From contig CAZTQA010000001.1 in the NCBI GenBank assembly GCA_964615205.1, forward strand, positions 128,510 to 192,509: a stretch of DNA of 64,000 nucleotides. The letters run 5' to 3'. Both the position numbers and the translations under genes were made by a program. This document shows positions 19,207-30,254 of this stretch, piece after piece (the first letter of the stretch is position 1; every line of letters begins with the position of its first letter). The notes beneath the pieces are model-generated. The model saw only the letters and a list, made by a program, of their open reading frames with translations, was not told where the DNA came from and did not search any database. This DNA is from an uncultured Candidatus Saccharibacteria bacterium. Lineage in GTDB: Bacteria > Patescibacteriota > Minisyncoccia > Minisyncoccales > JAGMDC01.

Positions 19207-19947
19207 ATGACGGAAGAAAAAAAAGAAAAAGTTAACGAAGTTAAAAAGACGTCTCCAAAAGAGACTAATTTTAAAATTGATATTAATGAAATGGTAAAAG
19301 CCGGTCTTAATTTTGGGCATCGGACTTCGCGTCTTCATCCTAAAATGTCTCCATATATTGAAGGGATTAAAAACACGGTTCATGTAATTGACTTAGCAAA
19401 GACTGCTCAAGAGTTGGGGAAAGCCCTTAAATTTATTCAGGAGATTGTTGTCCAGGATAAAGTTATGCTCGTGGTAGGAACCAAAATTCAGGTTAAGGAG
19501 TTGGTTAAAGAAATAGCTGAAGAGTGCGATCTTCCTTATGTAAGCGAAAGATGGCTTGGAGGGACTTTAACTAATTTTCCAGTTGTCTCCCAAAGAGTAG
19601 GATATTTAAAAGATTTAGAGAAAAAGAAATCCAGTGGAGAATGGGATAAATATACAAAGAAGGAAAAGATTAAAATGAACAAAGACCTTTCAAACTTAAA
19701 AATAAAGTTTGATGGTCTTAAAAAATTGGAACGGGTTCCAGATTGTTTACTGGTGCTGGATATTAAAAAAGATGATTTGGCTGTTAAAGAAGCTAAAATG
19801 AAAGGAATTAAAATTGTGGCTATCACAGACACCAATACTGATCCCAGTTTAGTTGATTATCCTATTCCTGCTAACGATGATGCTGTTTCTTCAGTAAAAT
19901 ATATTTTAGATAAAATAAAGGAAGTAATAAAAAAATCAAAAAAATAA
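19207..19947 (+). CDS. rpsB: 30S ribosomal protein uS2
   Basis: MVKAGLNFGHRTSRLHPKM..., RWLGGTLTNF motif. Confidence 0.95.
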   Translation: MTEEKKEKVNEVKKTSPKETNFKIDINEMVKAGLNFGHRTSRLHPKMSPYIEGIKNTVHVIDLAKTAQELGKALKFIQEIVVQDKVMLVVGTKIQVKELVKEIAEECDLPYVSERWLGGTLTNFPVVSQRVGYLKDLEKKKSSGEWDKYTKKEKIKMNKDLSNLKIKFDGLKKLERVPDCLLVLDIKKDDLAVKEAKMKGIKIVAITDTNTDPSLVDYPIPANDDAVSSVKYILDKIKEVIKKSKK

Positions 19948-19948
19948 T

Positions 19949-20395
19949 ATGATTTCTATAGAACGAATCAAACAGCTCCGAGAAGAGACAGATGTTTCTG
20001 TCTCAGAATGCAAAAAGGCTTTGGAAGAAAGCAATGGCGATATTGCTAAAGCCAAAGAAATTTTAAAGCAGTGGGGCAAAGATTTGGCTAATAAAAAAGC
20101 AGATAGGAAAGTCAAACAAGGAATTGTTGAAAGCTATATTCATCCCAATAAGAAAATAGGTGTTGTTTTAAAGCTTCTCTGCGAAACAGATTTTGTTGCC
20201 AAATCAGATGAGTTTAGAAAACTAGCTCATGAAATTTGTCTTCAGATTGCAGCCGTGAATTCCGAAGAAATTTCTCTTTTGGAACAAGCCTGGATTAAAG
20301 ACGAAAGCAAAACCATAGCTGATTTAATTAATGAATATATTGCTAAAATCGGTGAAAATATTGTTATAAGAGAATTTAAAAGATTGGAAATTTAA
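19949..20395 (+). CDS. tsf: elongation factor Ts, short form (148 aa)
   Basis: UBA-like N-terminus (IKQLREETDVSVSECKKALEESNGDIAKAKEIL) and the TDFVAK motif; follows rpsB. Confidence 0.85.
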   Translation: MISIERIKQLREETDVSVSECKKALEESNGDIAKAKEILKQWGKDLANKKADRKVKQGIVESYIHPNKKIGVVLKLLCETDFVAKSDEFRKLAHEICLQIAAVNSEEISLLEQAWIKDESKTIADLINEYIAKIGENIVIREFKRLEI

Positions 20396-20404
20396 TTCTC
20401 TTTT

Positions 20405-20746
20405 ATGACCACTCTAATTTTATCTATAACTTTGCTCGTTAGCTTGGCTGGAATGATAATAATTATTTACCGCAAGCTTCCTCTGCTTATAGAATTACCT
20501 CTTGATAGTAGGGAGGGCGTTCTTTTGAGGGTCAAAGAAACTATTAAAGAGAAGGATTGGTCCAAGGTTTTTAATACTCGTAATTTTTTACGCAAGACAT
20601 TAATGCGCATTCGTATTTTAAATCTAAAGTCTGAAAATATGATTAACAAAAAATTAGAGGAATGGAGACATAGAGAAATCGAGAGACCTTCCCACGAAGA
20701 TAATTACTGGAGTAAGTTAAAAGATCTCACTCAAAAGAAGAAATAG
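20405..20746 (+). CDS. hypothetical single-pass membrane protein
   Basis: N-terminal hydrophobic helix followed by a charged tail; no recognisable motif. Confidence 0.5.
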   Translation: MTTLILSITLLVSLAGMIIIIYRKLPLLIELPLDSREGVLLRVKETIKEKDWSKVFNTRNFLRKTLMRIRILNLKSENMINKKLEEWRHREIERPSHEDNYWSKLKDLTQKKK

Positions 20747-20820
20747 GCCAGGGTAGCTCAATCGGCAGAGCAGCGCTTTTGTAAAGCGAAGGTTTGGGGG
20801 TTCGATTCCTCTCCCTGGCT
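20747..20820 (+). tRNA. tRNA-Thr (anticodon UGU)
   Basis: Manual cloverleaf: acceptor GCCAGGG/CCCTGGC, D arm GCTC-AATCGGCA-GAGC, anticodon arm GCGCT-TTTGTAA-AGCGA, T arm GGGGG-TTCGATT-CCTCT. No encoded CCA. Confidence 0.8.
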
Positions 20821-20835
20821 TGAGTTTAGCAGTTA

Positions 20836-20864
20836 TTGACAAAGAGAAAGAAAGAATATAAGAT
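20836..20864 (+). promoter_or_regulatory. putative 16S rRNA promoter (TTGACA-17-TAAGAT)
   Basis: TTGACA at 20836-20841, a 17-nt spacer, and TAAGAT at 20859-20864, about 70 nt upstream of the 16S 5' end. Confidence 0.6.
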
Positions 20865-20916
20865 GAAAATACGAATATAAAGGAAAGTTCCTTGAGAATT
20901 TATAATTGGTTTTTTC

Positions 20917-20929
20917 GAGTTGTCCCGAC
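20917..20929 (+). other. 5' half of the pre-16S processing stem
   Basis: gagttgtcccgac is perfectly complementary to gtcgggacaactc at 22512-22524. Confidence 0.75.
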
Positions 20930-20935
20930 TCATTT

Positions 20936-22424
<1,489 letters not shown>

Positions 22425-22511
22425 TAAAAAAGTTGTCGACAATGGTTGAAGTTTGGAATTCGAACTTTAACTATTCAGGTATTGGTCTCAGAACCTCAAA
22501 TCGAGACTATT

Positions 22512-22524
22512 GTCGGGACAACTC
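22512..22524 (+). other. 3' half of the pre-16S processing stem
   Basis: Complement of 20917-20929. It lies ~88 nt past the 16S 3' end and 18 nt before ATG 22542. Confidence 0.75.
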
Positions 22525-22541
22525 AAAGAAACCACTTTCTT

Positions 22542-24599
22542 ATGGAGGATTTGGAAAACAATTTAATAAAACTTAAGAGCCTTTCTAAACTTTTAAGAGA
22601 AAGCTGGGAATTGTATAAAACAAGGATCCGAACTCTGTTGACGATTGCTTTTTTGCCAATTGTTTTTTCATTATTTTTTTCTTTTTTGCTTCACTCTTTA
22701 GAAAAAACTAATTTACAATACTCAATTTTATTTTCTATAGTAGAGGTAATTTCTCTTTTAGTTTCTTTTTTTCTTTTGTTATGGATTACTCCTTCTCTAA
22801 TTTTAAGCATTAAAAACGATACTGACGCAGTAGATTCTTTAAAAGAGGGTTTAAGTTTTGTCGTTTCCTATTTCTGGCTTTATTTTCTAGTTAACATCAT
22901 TGTTTTGGGCGGAAGTTTGCTTTTAATAATTCCAGGAATATTATTTTCAATCTGGTTTGGTTTATCTGTTTATATTTTAGTTTTTGAACAAGAAAAAGGA
23001 TTCAAAGCTTTATTCGCCAGCAAAGAACTTGTTTCCGGTAATTTTATTAAAGTTTTATGGAGATTTTTAGCTTTTGGTTTAGTCATTTTCTTGTTTTTTT
23101 TATTTCTTAGTATTTTTCTTGTTTTTTTATTTCAAAGTTATGATTTTGTTGGTGATTTGATAGGTTATCTATTTAATTGGTTAGCTTTTCCTTTATTAGT
23201 TGTTTTTGGAATTTTACTTTACAAAAATTTAAGAGAACTAAAGAAAGAAGTTATATATCCAGAACCTTCAGTTGGAAGAAAAATAAAGTATATGATCCCA
23301 GGCTTTTTGGGAATACTGGTGGTTATGGCAACGGTGACCTTTGTTTCTTTAAATGTTTTTTGGGGAAGAGATGAACCGCCTTTTGATGATAGTGATTTGT
23401 GGTTATCTAAGGTAGAGATTAATCAAGAAGACAATGCTTTTTATTATTTCCAGGATATTGAGGAAAAAATTTACATTCCTTCCGATAAAGAGGAGAGAGA
23501 ATTATTCCGAGATATGGCTAACGGCAAAGTCTGGGATAGCGATTTTGCCAAAGATTTAATAGACAGAAACCAGGAAGCTTTTGAATATTTAGACAAAGCC
23601 CTTGCTTGCCCGGTTTATCAACAGCCATCATTAATGAATCCAGAAGAAATTTCAGGTTATACAATTTATCCTGCTCATGGTTCTATTCGAGAGATTGCCA
23701 GATTAACTTCTATAAAATCTGCTTATTTATTAGAACAAAATAAACCAGAAGAAGCTTTTAATGAAGCAATGAAAATATTAGAAATAACTTTTTTATTGAG
23801 AACAGCGCCCAATCCTACTATAATTGATTCTTTAATGTCTCTGGGCGTTAATCAGGTTGGATTGAATAGAATAAAATTAATTTTAGAAGAAGCTGATTTT
23901 TCTTCGCTAACATTAAAAAAATATATAGATAGACTAGATAACTTTAAAGAAAATAAAGATTGGGTAGAAAACAGTCTTAAAAGAGAATATATTGAATGGG
24001 TCAATAGTCAAGAGATGAGTTTGCAAAGTGATTTACCGCCATTTTCAGAGTATGCAGAACCTCCGTTAAGCGAAAGAATGCTTTCAGAAAAAAATCTAGC
24101 TAAATTTTATCTTTACAAGCCTAATAAAACTAAAAGAATCTTTGCTGATAATTATCAAAGAATGGTTAGAAACGCTGAGCAAGATTATTACAAGGATATA
24201 GAAGTCTTTGAGTATCAACGTTTTTGTCCAGATTCTGTAATAAAAATGCCCTTTACAGAAAATTTAGTAGGCAGAGTACTTCTTGATATGAGTGTAGTTT
24301 CTTTAGATGGATGCTTTGCAAAAAGTTGCTTGGATAATTTTAATTTAGATGCTATACAGGTTTTGATGGCCTTAAAGGCTTACCAGATTGACAATGGAGA
24401 ATTGCCGGATTCTTTAGAAAAACTTGTTCCAGAATACCTTTCGGAAGTGCCAAAAGATCCTTTTGACGGCCAACTAATTAGATTTTCTTTGGAAAAGAAA
24501 ATCATTTATTCAGTCGGTCAAGATCTTATAGATTCTGGCGGGAGCCAAGGAGATGATTTAGACTCAATGTCTGATCCTACTATTAAAATCGAGTTTTGA
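22542..24599 (+). CDS. large polytopic membrane protein with helical-repeat ectodomain and pseudopilin (GspG)-like C-terminus
   Basis: About 7 hydrophobic helices in the first ~300 aa. The C-terminus ALKAYQIDNGELPDSLEKLVPEYLSEVPKDPFDG...SVGQDLIDSGG resembles the T2SS protein G core. The track's TTG start at 22446 lies in the rRNA trailer, so I prefer ATG 22542. Confidence 0.6.
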   Translation: MEDLENNLIKLKSLSKLLRESWELYKTRIRTLLTIAFLPIVFSLFFSFLLHSLEKTNLQYSILFSIVEVISLLVSFFLLLWITPSLILSIKNDTDAVDSLKEGLSFVVSYFWLYFLVNIIVLGGSLLLIIPGILFSIWFGLSVYILVFEQEKGFKALFASKELVSGNFIKVLWRFLAFGLVIFLFFLFLSIFLVFLFQSYDFVGDLIGYLFNWLAFPLLVVFGILLYKNLRELKKEVIYPEPSVGRKIKYMIPGFLGILVVMATVTFVSLNVFWGRDEPPFDDSDLWLSKVEINQEDNAFYYFQDIEEKIYIPSDKEERELFRDMANGKVWDSDFAKDLIDRNQEAFEYLDKALACPVYQQPSLMNPEEISGYTIYPAHGSIREIARLTSIKSAYLLEQNKPEEAFNEAMKILEITFLLRTAPNPTIIDSLMSLGVNQVGLNRIKLILEEADFSSLTLKKYIDRLDNFKENKDWVENSLKREYIEWVNSQEMSLQSDLPPFSEYAEPPLSERMLSEKNLAKFYLYKPNKTKRIFADNYQRMVRNAEQDYYKDIEVFEYQRFCPDSVIKMPFTENLVGRVLLDMSVVSLDGCFAKSCLDNFNLDAIQVLMALKAYQIDNGELPDSLEKLVPEYLSEVPKDPFDGQLIRFSLEKKIIYSVGQDLIDSGGSQGDDLDSMSDPTIKIEF

Positions 24600-24649
24600 T
24601 TGAGGTCCGGCCTCAATCATTTTCTCCGGCTTGATTATAGACAGCCGGA
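24598..24649 (+). terminator. two consecutive hairpins after the 22542-24599 gene
   Basis: GATTGAGG-tccgg-CCTCAATC (24598-24618) followed by attttct; TCCGGCT-11 nt-AGCCGGA (24625-24649) followed by tttaatttt. Confidence 0.6.
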
Positions 24650-24672
24650 TTTAATTTTGTTAGAATAATAAG

Positions 24673-26343
24673 ATGAAATCTAACCAGTTAAGGAAGGAAT
24701 TTTTAGATTTTTTCCAGAAAAAAGGACATAAAATTGTACATTCTTCTTCGCTTTTACCTTCTGATCCAAGCGTTTTGTTAACCACGGCAGGCATGCAACA
24801 ATTCAAACCTTTTTATTTAGGAAAAGAATCTCCTTACGGTAGAAATGTTGCTTCCTGCCAAAAATGTTTTCGTACCTCGGATATTGAAGAAGTAGGCGAT
24901 ATCAGTCATCTAACTTTTTTAGAAATGCTGGGTAATTTTTCCTTTGGCGGCTATTTCAAAGAAGAAGCCATTGAATTAGCTTATAATTTTCTTTTCAAAC
25001 AGTTAAAGCTGCCTTTAGAAAAAGCTTTTTTTACTGTTTTTAGAGGAGATAAAAATGTTCCTCAAGATGAAGAGTCTATTCTTATTTGGAAGAAATTAGG
25101 CGTGCCTGAAAGTAAAATAAAAAAGTATGGAGGAGAAGATAATTTTTGGGGTCCTACCGGTAAAGAAGGTCCCTGCGGTCCCAACACAGAAATTCATATT
25201 AATAATGTAGAAATTTGGAATTTGGTTTTTAACGAATATTTTCAAGATGAGAAAGGCAAGTTAACTTCTCTAGATAAAAAAGGAGTTGATACGGGAATGG
25301 GGCTTGAGCGATTGGCAATGATTAGCCAAGAAAAAGATAATGTTTTTGAAACAGATCTCTTTTCTCCCATAAACGATCTTATTAATAATAAATCTAAGAA
25401 AACAGAAAAAGCATTCAGGATTATAGCTGATCATATTAGGGGAGCTGTTTTCTTAATAAGCGAAGGAGTGCTTCCCTCTAATATGGAAGAAGGATATATC
25501 TTAAGACGTGTTTTGCGTAGAGCTATTCGTTATGGTAGAATAATAGAAGCTGAACCAGGATTCTTAATTCCCTTGGCCAACAAGGTTATTGAGACCTATA
25601 AAGATGTTTATCCAGAGCTTTTTTCCAAGCAGGCAGAGATTTTAACTGTTATTCAGAAAGAAGAGGAAAAGTTTGAAAAAAGCTTAGAAAAAGGGATAAC
25701 AGCTACTTCTTCAGATCTGATTAAGGGTGATTTATCAGGAAAGCAAGCCTTTGATAAATACCAGAGTTATGGTTTCCCAATTGAAATGATAAGAGAAATG
25801 GCTGAAGAAAAGGGAAGAAAAGTGGATATAGAGGGTTTTCAAGAAGAGTTGAAAAAACATCAAGAAATATCTCGGGCTGGCAAAGAAAAAAAGTTTGGAG
25901 GAGGTGGAGAATTTTCCCCCCAGCTTCACACTGCCACACATCTTTTACACGCAGCTTTAAGAAAAGTTTTAGGGGAACAGGTCAAGCAAATGGGTTCAGA
26001 TATTAATTTAGAAAGATTGAGGTTTGATTTTTCCTTTTCCAGAAAATTATCTCCAGAAGAAATAAAAAAAGTTGAAGATTTGGTGAATGAAATAATAAAA
26101 AAAGATTTGGAAGTTAAAAAAGAAGAAATGTCTTTAGATAAGGCATTGGAATCAGGTGCTCTGGCTTTTTTCAAAGAAAAATACCCAGAAAAAGTAAACG
26201 TTTATTCAATTCAAGGTTTTTCAAAAGAGATTTGCGCTGGGCCTCATATTGAGAGAACCAACCAACTGGGAAAATTCAAAATAATAAAAGAAGAATCCAG
26301 CAGCGCTGGAGTCAGAAGAATAAAAGCCATTTTAGAAAGATGA
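24673..26343 (+). CDS. alaS: alanyl-tRNA synthetase, compact (no C-Ala domain)
   Basis: The N-terminus (LRKEFLDFFQKKGHKIVHSSSLLPSDPSVLLTTAGMQQFKP) and editing-core motifs HTATHLLH and CAGPH are present. It is 556 aa versus ~875 in E. coli. Confidence 0.9.
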   Translation: MKSNQLRKEFLDFFQKKGHKIVHSSSLLPSDPSVLLTTAGMQQFKPFYLGKESPYGRNVASCQKCFRTSDIEEVGDISHLTFLEMLGNFSFGGYFKEEAIELAYNFLFKQLKLPLEKAFFTVFRGDKNVPQDEESILIWKKLGVPESKIKKYGGEDNFWGPTGKEGPCGPNTEIHINNVEIWNLVFNEYFQDEKGKLTSLDKKGVDTGMGLERLAMISQEKDNVFETDLFSPINDLINNKSKKTEKAFRIIADHIRGAVFLISEGVLPSNMEEGYILRRVLRRAIRYGRIIEAEPGFLIPLANKVIETYKDVYPELFSKQAEILTVIQKEEEKFEKSLEKGITATSSDLIKGDLSGKQAFDKYQSYGFPIEMIREMAEEKGRKVDIEGFQEELKKHQEISRAGKEKKFGGGGEFSPQLHTATHLLHAALRKVLGEQVKQMGSDINLERLRFDFSFSRKLSPEEIKKVEDLVNEIIKKDLEVKKEEMSLDKALESGALAFFKEKYPEKVNVYSIQGFSKEICAGPHIERTNQLGKFKIIKEESSSAGVRRIKAILER

Positions 26344-27563
26344 AAAAAATATTTGACATAATTCCTCCAGAAGGAGTAATAAAAAAGGAGAAAAGAGCCA
26401 AGCTCCTGAAAAAGAAAGAGAAAAAGAGTTTTTTCACCACTTGCAGGGTTTTTGTTCTCCTATTTTTGTTTGTTTTTTCAGGAGTTTTTATTCATGTTTT
26501 TCTTTCAAAGGCAGAAATAATTATCCAGCCTCAAACTGAATTAGTTCAATTTGAAGAGAATTTATCTATAAATTCAGATATTAACAAAAGTGATTTCAGT
26601 CATAATCTTATTCAAGGGAAATTAGTTGAAAAGGAAAAAGAATTTAGCCAAGAATTTCCAAGCACAGGTTCAGTCACTAAAAAAGCCAGAGGCACTATTC
26701 GCATTTATAATGCTTATTCAACTTCTCCCCAATCTTTAGTAGCTACTACCAGGTTTGTTTCTGCTTCAGGAAAGTTATTCCGCATTCCAGAGAAAGTAAC
26801 TGTGCCTGGGGGGCATTATGAAAAAGGAAAGTTAGTTCCGGGTGAAATAGATGTGGAGATTGTAGCTGACCAGCCCGGAGAAGAATATAATATAGAGCCA
26901 ACCACCTTTTCTATTCCTGGTTTTGCCGGACATGCCAAGTATACCTATTTCTATGCCAAATCTTTCAGCGATATGACTGGAGGAGGTGAATTTCCTCAAG
27001 TCACAGAAGAAGATTTTAAAAAAGCTGAAAAAATTATGATAGAAAGTTTAGAAAAAGAACTTAAAAACGCACTTTTAGAAGAAAATCAATTAGAATATCT
27101 TATTTTAGATGGAGCTTTTAAAAAAGAAGTTTTGGAATCTTTTTCTTCAATTGAAGCAGAATCAGAATCAGATAGATTTACTTACACAGTTAGGTTAAAA
27201 TTATCAGCATTAATTTTTAAGAGGGAGGATATAAAGGATTTTGCCGTTAATTATATTTCTTTGCAGACTATTTCAGACAAGCAGGTTTATGAAGAAAGTT
27301 TTCAGTCAAACTATTCTTTGCAATCAATGGACTTAGATAATGGCAAAATGGATATTTCATTAAATTTTTCAGCTAAGATTTATCCAAGTATTAATATTCA
27401 AGATTTGAAAGAGAATTTAAAAAATATGCCCTTGAATGAAGCTGAATTTGTTTTAAACAATCAAGCCGGAATTGTTAATTTTAAGATAAAGCTTTGGCCT
27501 TTTTGGCTAAAAAGGATTCCTAAAGACATAAACAAGATCGAAGTAGAGTTAATTATTAAATAG
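26340..27563 (+). CDS. hypothetical N-terminally anchored extracytoplasmic protein
   Basis: Basic N-terminus plus one TM (VFVLLFLFVFSGVFIHVFL), then a beta-rich region with no recognisable motif; ATGA overlap with alaS. Confidence 0.5.
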   Translation: MKKIFDIIPPEGVIKKEKRAKLLKKKEKKSFFTTCRVFVLLFLFVFSGVFIHVFLSKAEIIIQPQTELVQFEENLSINSDINKSDFSHNLIQGKLVEKEKEFSQEFPSTGSVTKKARGTIRIYNAYSTSPQSLVATTRFVSASGKLFRIPEKVTVPGGHYEKGKLVPGEIDVEIVADQPGEEYNIEPTTFSIPGFAGHAKYTYFYAKSFSDMTGGGEFPQVTEEDFKKAEKIMIESLEKELKNALLEENQLEYLILDGAFKKEVLESFSSIEAESESDRFTYTVRLKLSALIFKREDIKDFAVNYISLQTISDKQVYEESFQSNYSLQSMDLDNGKMDISLNFSAKIYPSINIQDLKENLKNMPLNEAEFVLNNQAGIVNFKIKLWPFWLKRIPKDINKIEVELIIK

Positions 27564-27572
27564 TAATCTTAT

Positions 27573-29453
27573 ATGAGATTAAGGAATCAAATTAAATTTT
27601 TTGCAATTTTATTAATTTTTTTATCTATCGTTTGTGCGTCAAAGATTTCTGGAACGGAATATCCAATAGGTGATTTGAATCAAAATGGTTATGTCAATTC
27701 AGATGATTGGCTGATAATGCGAGATAACTGGCAGATCAGCAATAGTAATGCTGATCTCAACAACGATGTCATTGTCAATACAGTAGATTTCAGCTTAATG
27801 AATAAAAATTGGCAGAATATTGCTGTCCTTTCGCCTAACGGTGGAGAGATGCTAATAAAAGATAACCCTTGCGAGATAGAATGGATATCAACCAACATAA
27901 CTAGTGTTACAATTAGTCTTCACAAAGGTTCAAATTCAAATTTGGTAAGGACGATTAGTTCAAACTTTCCAGCTTTTTCGGGTCAATGTACTTGGACTGT
28001 ACCAGTAGATATTGCCGTGAGTTCTGATTATAAAATTATGGTTATGAATAATGTTTCCCCGCACGAAATCGATATGAGTGATGATTATTTCAGCGTTAGA
28101 GACCCAGAAACTTGCACAGATGGAACGATTTACGGCCAATGTTCTACTACTAAGCCGCTGTATTGTGATAATGGAATTTTAGTAGATAAAGCTTCTCTGT
28201 GTGGTTGTCCATCGGGTTTTACAATTTACAGTGATGGCTGTCTTAGAGTAGTTCCGGCTAATGAGCAAATAGTCAAAAGTTTTAATTTTGAAGATGGAAG
28301 CGGCGAGAAGCCGGAGTCATGGATCACCGGAACTGATAATCCTTCAGGGACTGAATTTAATTGGGAAAATTCAACAGGATATTTAAGTTCTCGAAGTATT
28401 AGTATTACATCAACTAGCGCAAGTGATGCTAAGTGGATTTATAATATTAACTTAAATCCTCAAGAAATTTATCGACTTAGCGGCTATATTAAGGGCCAGA
28501 ATATTATAAATGTAGATGGAGGTACTATAGGAGCACATCTTAACGCACTTACTTGGGACATGACAGAAGACCTGAAGGGCAGTTTTGATTGGAGAAAGGT
28601 CAATGAGGTATTTCATGCTTCTTCAGGAACAACTGATATTAAGGCTCGTTTGGGATTCTTCTGGAATACAGTTACTGGCAAAGCTTGGTTTGATAATATT
28701 GTTCTGACCTCAAACCCGCTTACCAGATACGAGGGATCTCATATTTATCTAATGCTCGAACCCAGCGATTTAACTGCTATCTCAGATAGCAAAATGAAGC
28801 AATGGATAATTAATCTTGATAAGGCATATAATTCCTATCTTGATCTTGTTGGAACTAAACCCTATGACGGAGAGAAAATAGAAGTTCTTTCAGTTATTAG
28901 ATATCCAGGCGGTTGGGCAGTTGCTGGTCCTCCAATAAGATGGATGCAGCAATACGTAAGACCTGAATTAACAGCCATCAATAATTACAATGATTGGTCT
29001 TTTGGAATTATACATGAGATAGGGCATGCTTTTGATATAGATTATCGTTGGGTATGGGATGGTGAATTTTTTGCTAATCTTAAATTGTGTTATGTAGTAG
29101 AAAATCTTAATGCTAAGGTAGAACAAAGTGGAAAATATTATGTAGGAAATCAATTGGAAACATTTTACAAAACCGATGCTGAAAATAGTTATGAGAAAAC
29201 GCTTAAAATAGGCATATATCACAATGATGGTTTAGATTATAAGTTCCTTTATATTAAAAATCAGATTGGTTGGGAGCCCTTTAAGCAAACTTTTAGATAC
29301 TTTACGGCTCTTCCTCAAGACCAAGTGCCATCTACCAGATTAGATAAATTTAATCTTTTTGTTGACAAATTAGCAGAGTTTTCTGGAGTTAATGTAAGAA
29401 ATATGTTTACCCAAGTAGAGATGAACGCTATTCTGGCAGAGCTTAATAAATAG
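27573..29453 (+). CDS. secreted multidomain protein: dockerin-like repeats, Cys-rich and CBM-like modules, C-terminal M60-like zinc metallopeptidase
   Basis: Signal peptide; DLNQNGYVNSDD / DLNNDVIVNTVD repeats; a carbohydrate-binding-like middle; HEIGHAFD...E (HExxH plus downstream Glu). Confidence 0.6.
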   Translation: MRLRNQIKFFAILLIFLSIVCASKISGTEYPIGDLNQNGYVNSDDWLIMRDNWQISNSNADLNNDVIVNTVDFSLMNKNWQNIAVLSPNGGEMLIKDNPCEIEWISTNITSVTISLHKGSNSNLVRTISSNFPAFSGQCTWTVPVDIAVSSDYKIMVMNNVSPHEIDMSDDYFSVRDPETCTDGTIYGQCSTTKPLYCDNGILVDKASLCGCPSGFTIYSDGCLRVVPANEQIVKSFNFEDGSGEKPESWITGTDNPSGTEFNWENSTGYLSSRSISITSTSASDAKWIYNINLNPQEIYRLSGYIKGQNIINVDGGTIGAHLNALTWDMTEDLKGSFDWRKVNEVFHASSGTTDIKARLGFFWNTVTGKAWFDNIVLTSNPLTRYEGSHIYLMLEPSDLTAISDSKMKQWIINLDKAYNSYLDLVGTKPYDGEKIEVLSVIRYPGGWAVAGPPIRWMQQYVRPELTAINNYNDWSFGIIHEIGHAFDIDYRWVWDGEFFANLKLCYVVENLNAKVEQSGKYYVGNQLETFYKTDAENSYEKTLKIGIYHNDGLDYKFLYIKNQIGWEPFKQTFRYFTALPQDQVPSTRLDKFNLFVDKLAEFSGVNVRNMFTQVEMNAILAELNK

Positions 29454-29475
29454 GTTTTTTATTTTTTTCTAAATC

Positions 29476-29504
29476 TTGACTAAAAAAAGAAAATTTGTTA
29501 ATCT
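29476..29504 (+). promoter_or_regulatory. putative infA-operon promoter (TTGACT-17-TAATCT, 8 nt before ATG)
   Basis: Hexamers at 29476-29481 and 29499-29504. Confidence 0.55.
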
Positions 29505-29512
29505 AACTCCAG

Positions 29513-29725
29513 ATGGAAAATAAGATAAAAAAACAAGGGATTGTTACAGAAACCTTGCCTAGTTTAAAATTTAGAGTCAAACTGGATGACGGAAAAGAAA
29601 TAATCGCCCATTTAGCTGGACGTTTGCGCATGTATAGAATCAAAATTTTAGCAGGCGATAAAGTGACTGTAGAAATGAGTCCTTATGATGAGAGCAAAGG
29701 AAGAATTGTCTACAGAGGGAAATAG
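29513..29725 (+). CDS. infA: translation initiation factor IF-1
   Basis: 70-aa S1-like OB protein ([32 protein letters not shown]...). Confidence 0.95.
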   Translation: MENKIKKQGIVTETLPSLKFRVKLDDGKEIIAHLAGRLRMYRIKILAGDKVTVEMSPYDESKGRIVYRGK

Positions 29726-29738
29726 GCTTTTTTTATTT

Positions 29739-29855
29739 ATGAAAGTAAGACCTTCAGTTAAAAAAATGTGTAGAGATTGTAAAGTCGTCCGAAGAAAGGG
29801 GCGAGTTTATATTATTTGTAAAAAAAATCCCAAACACAAACAAAGACAAGGTTAA
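29739..29855 (+). CDS. rpmJ: 50S ribosomal protein bL36
   Basis: Not in the ORF track (38 aa). My translation is [38 protein letters not shown]; it lies between infA and rpsM. Confidence 0.9.
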   Translation: MKVRPSVKKMCRDCKVVRRKGRVYIICKKNPKHKQRQG

Positions 29856-29856
29856 T

Positions 29857-30246
29857 ATGCCTAGAATAGTCGGGGTTAATATTCCCGAGAAAAAACAAAT
29901 AAGAATTGCTTTGACCTATATTTACGGAATAGGTCCTTCTTTAGCTGAAAAGATTTTGAAGACGGCCAAGATTGATTCTCAGCTACCGGCTCATAAACTT
30001 TCTACAGAACAGATTAATTTATTAAAAGAAATTATTGAAAAAAATTACAAGATTGAAGGGGACCTAAGACATGAAAAAAGTACTGCCATTAGGAGATTAA
30101 AGGACATCGGATGCTTGAGAGGACTTCGGCATATTAAAGGCCTGCCGGTTCATGGCCAAAGGACAAAAAGCAATAGTCGTACAGTCAGAGGTAATGTAAG
30201 AAAAACCGTGGGTAGTGGTAGAAAACCACCCCCTGCTCCTAAGTAA
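29857..30246 (+). CDS. rpsM: 30S ribosomal protein uS13
   Basis: MPRIVGVNIPEKKQIRIALTYIYGIG... Confidence 0.95.
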   Translation: MPRIVGVNIPEKKQIRIALTYIYGIGPSLAEKILKTAKIDSQLPAHKLSTEQINLLKEIIEKNYKIEGDLRHEKSTAIRRLKDIGCLRGLRHIKGLPVHGQRTKSNSRTVRGNVRKTVGSGRKPPPAPK

Positions 30247-30254
30247 TAAATAAT

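Noticed and set aside
22446-22541. TTG-initiated N-terminal extension (MKFGIRTLTIQVLVSEPQIETIVGTTQRNHFL) of the 22446-24599 ORF.
   Set aside because: This stretch is the 16S trailer and contains the 3' half of the processing stem. ATG 22542 (MEDLENN...) is the sensible start.
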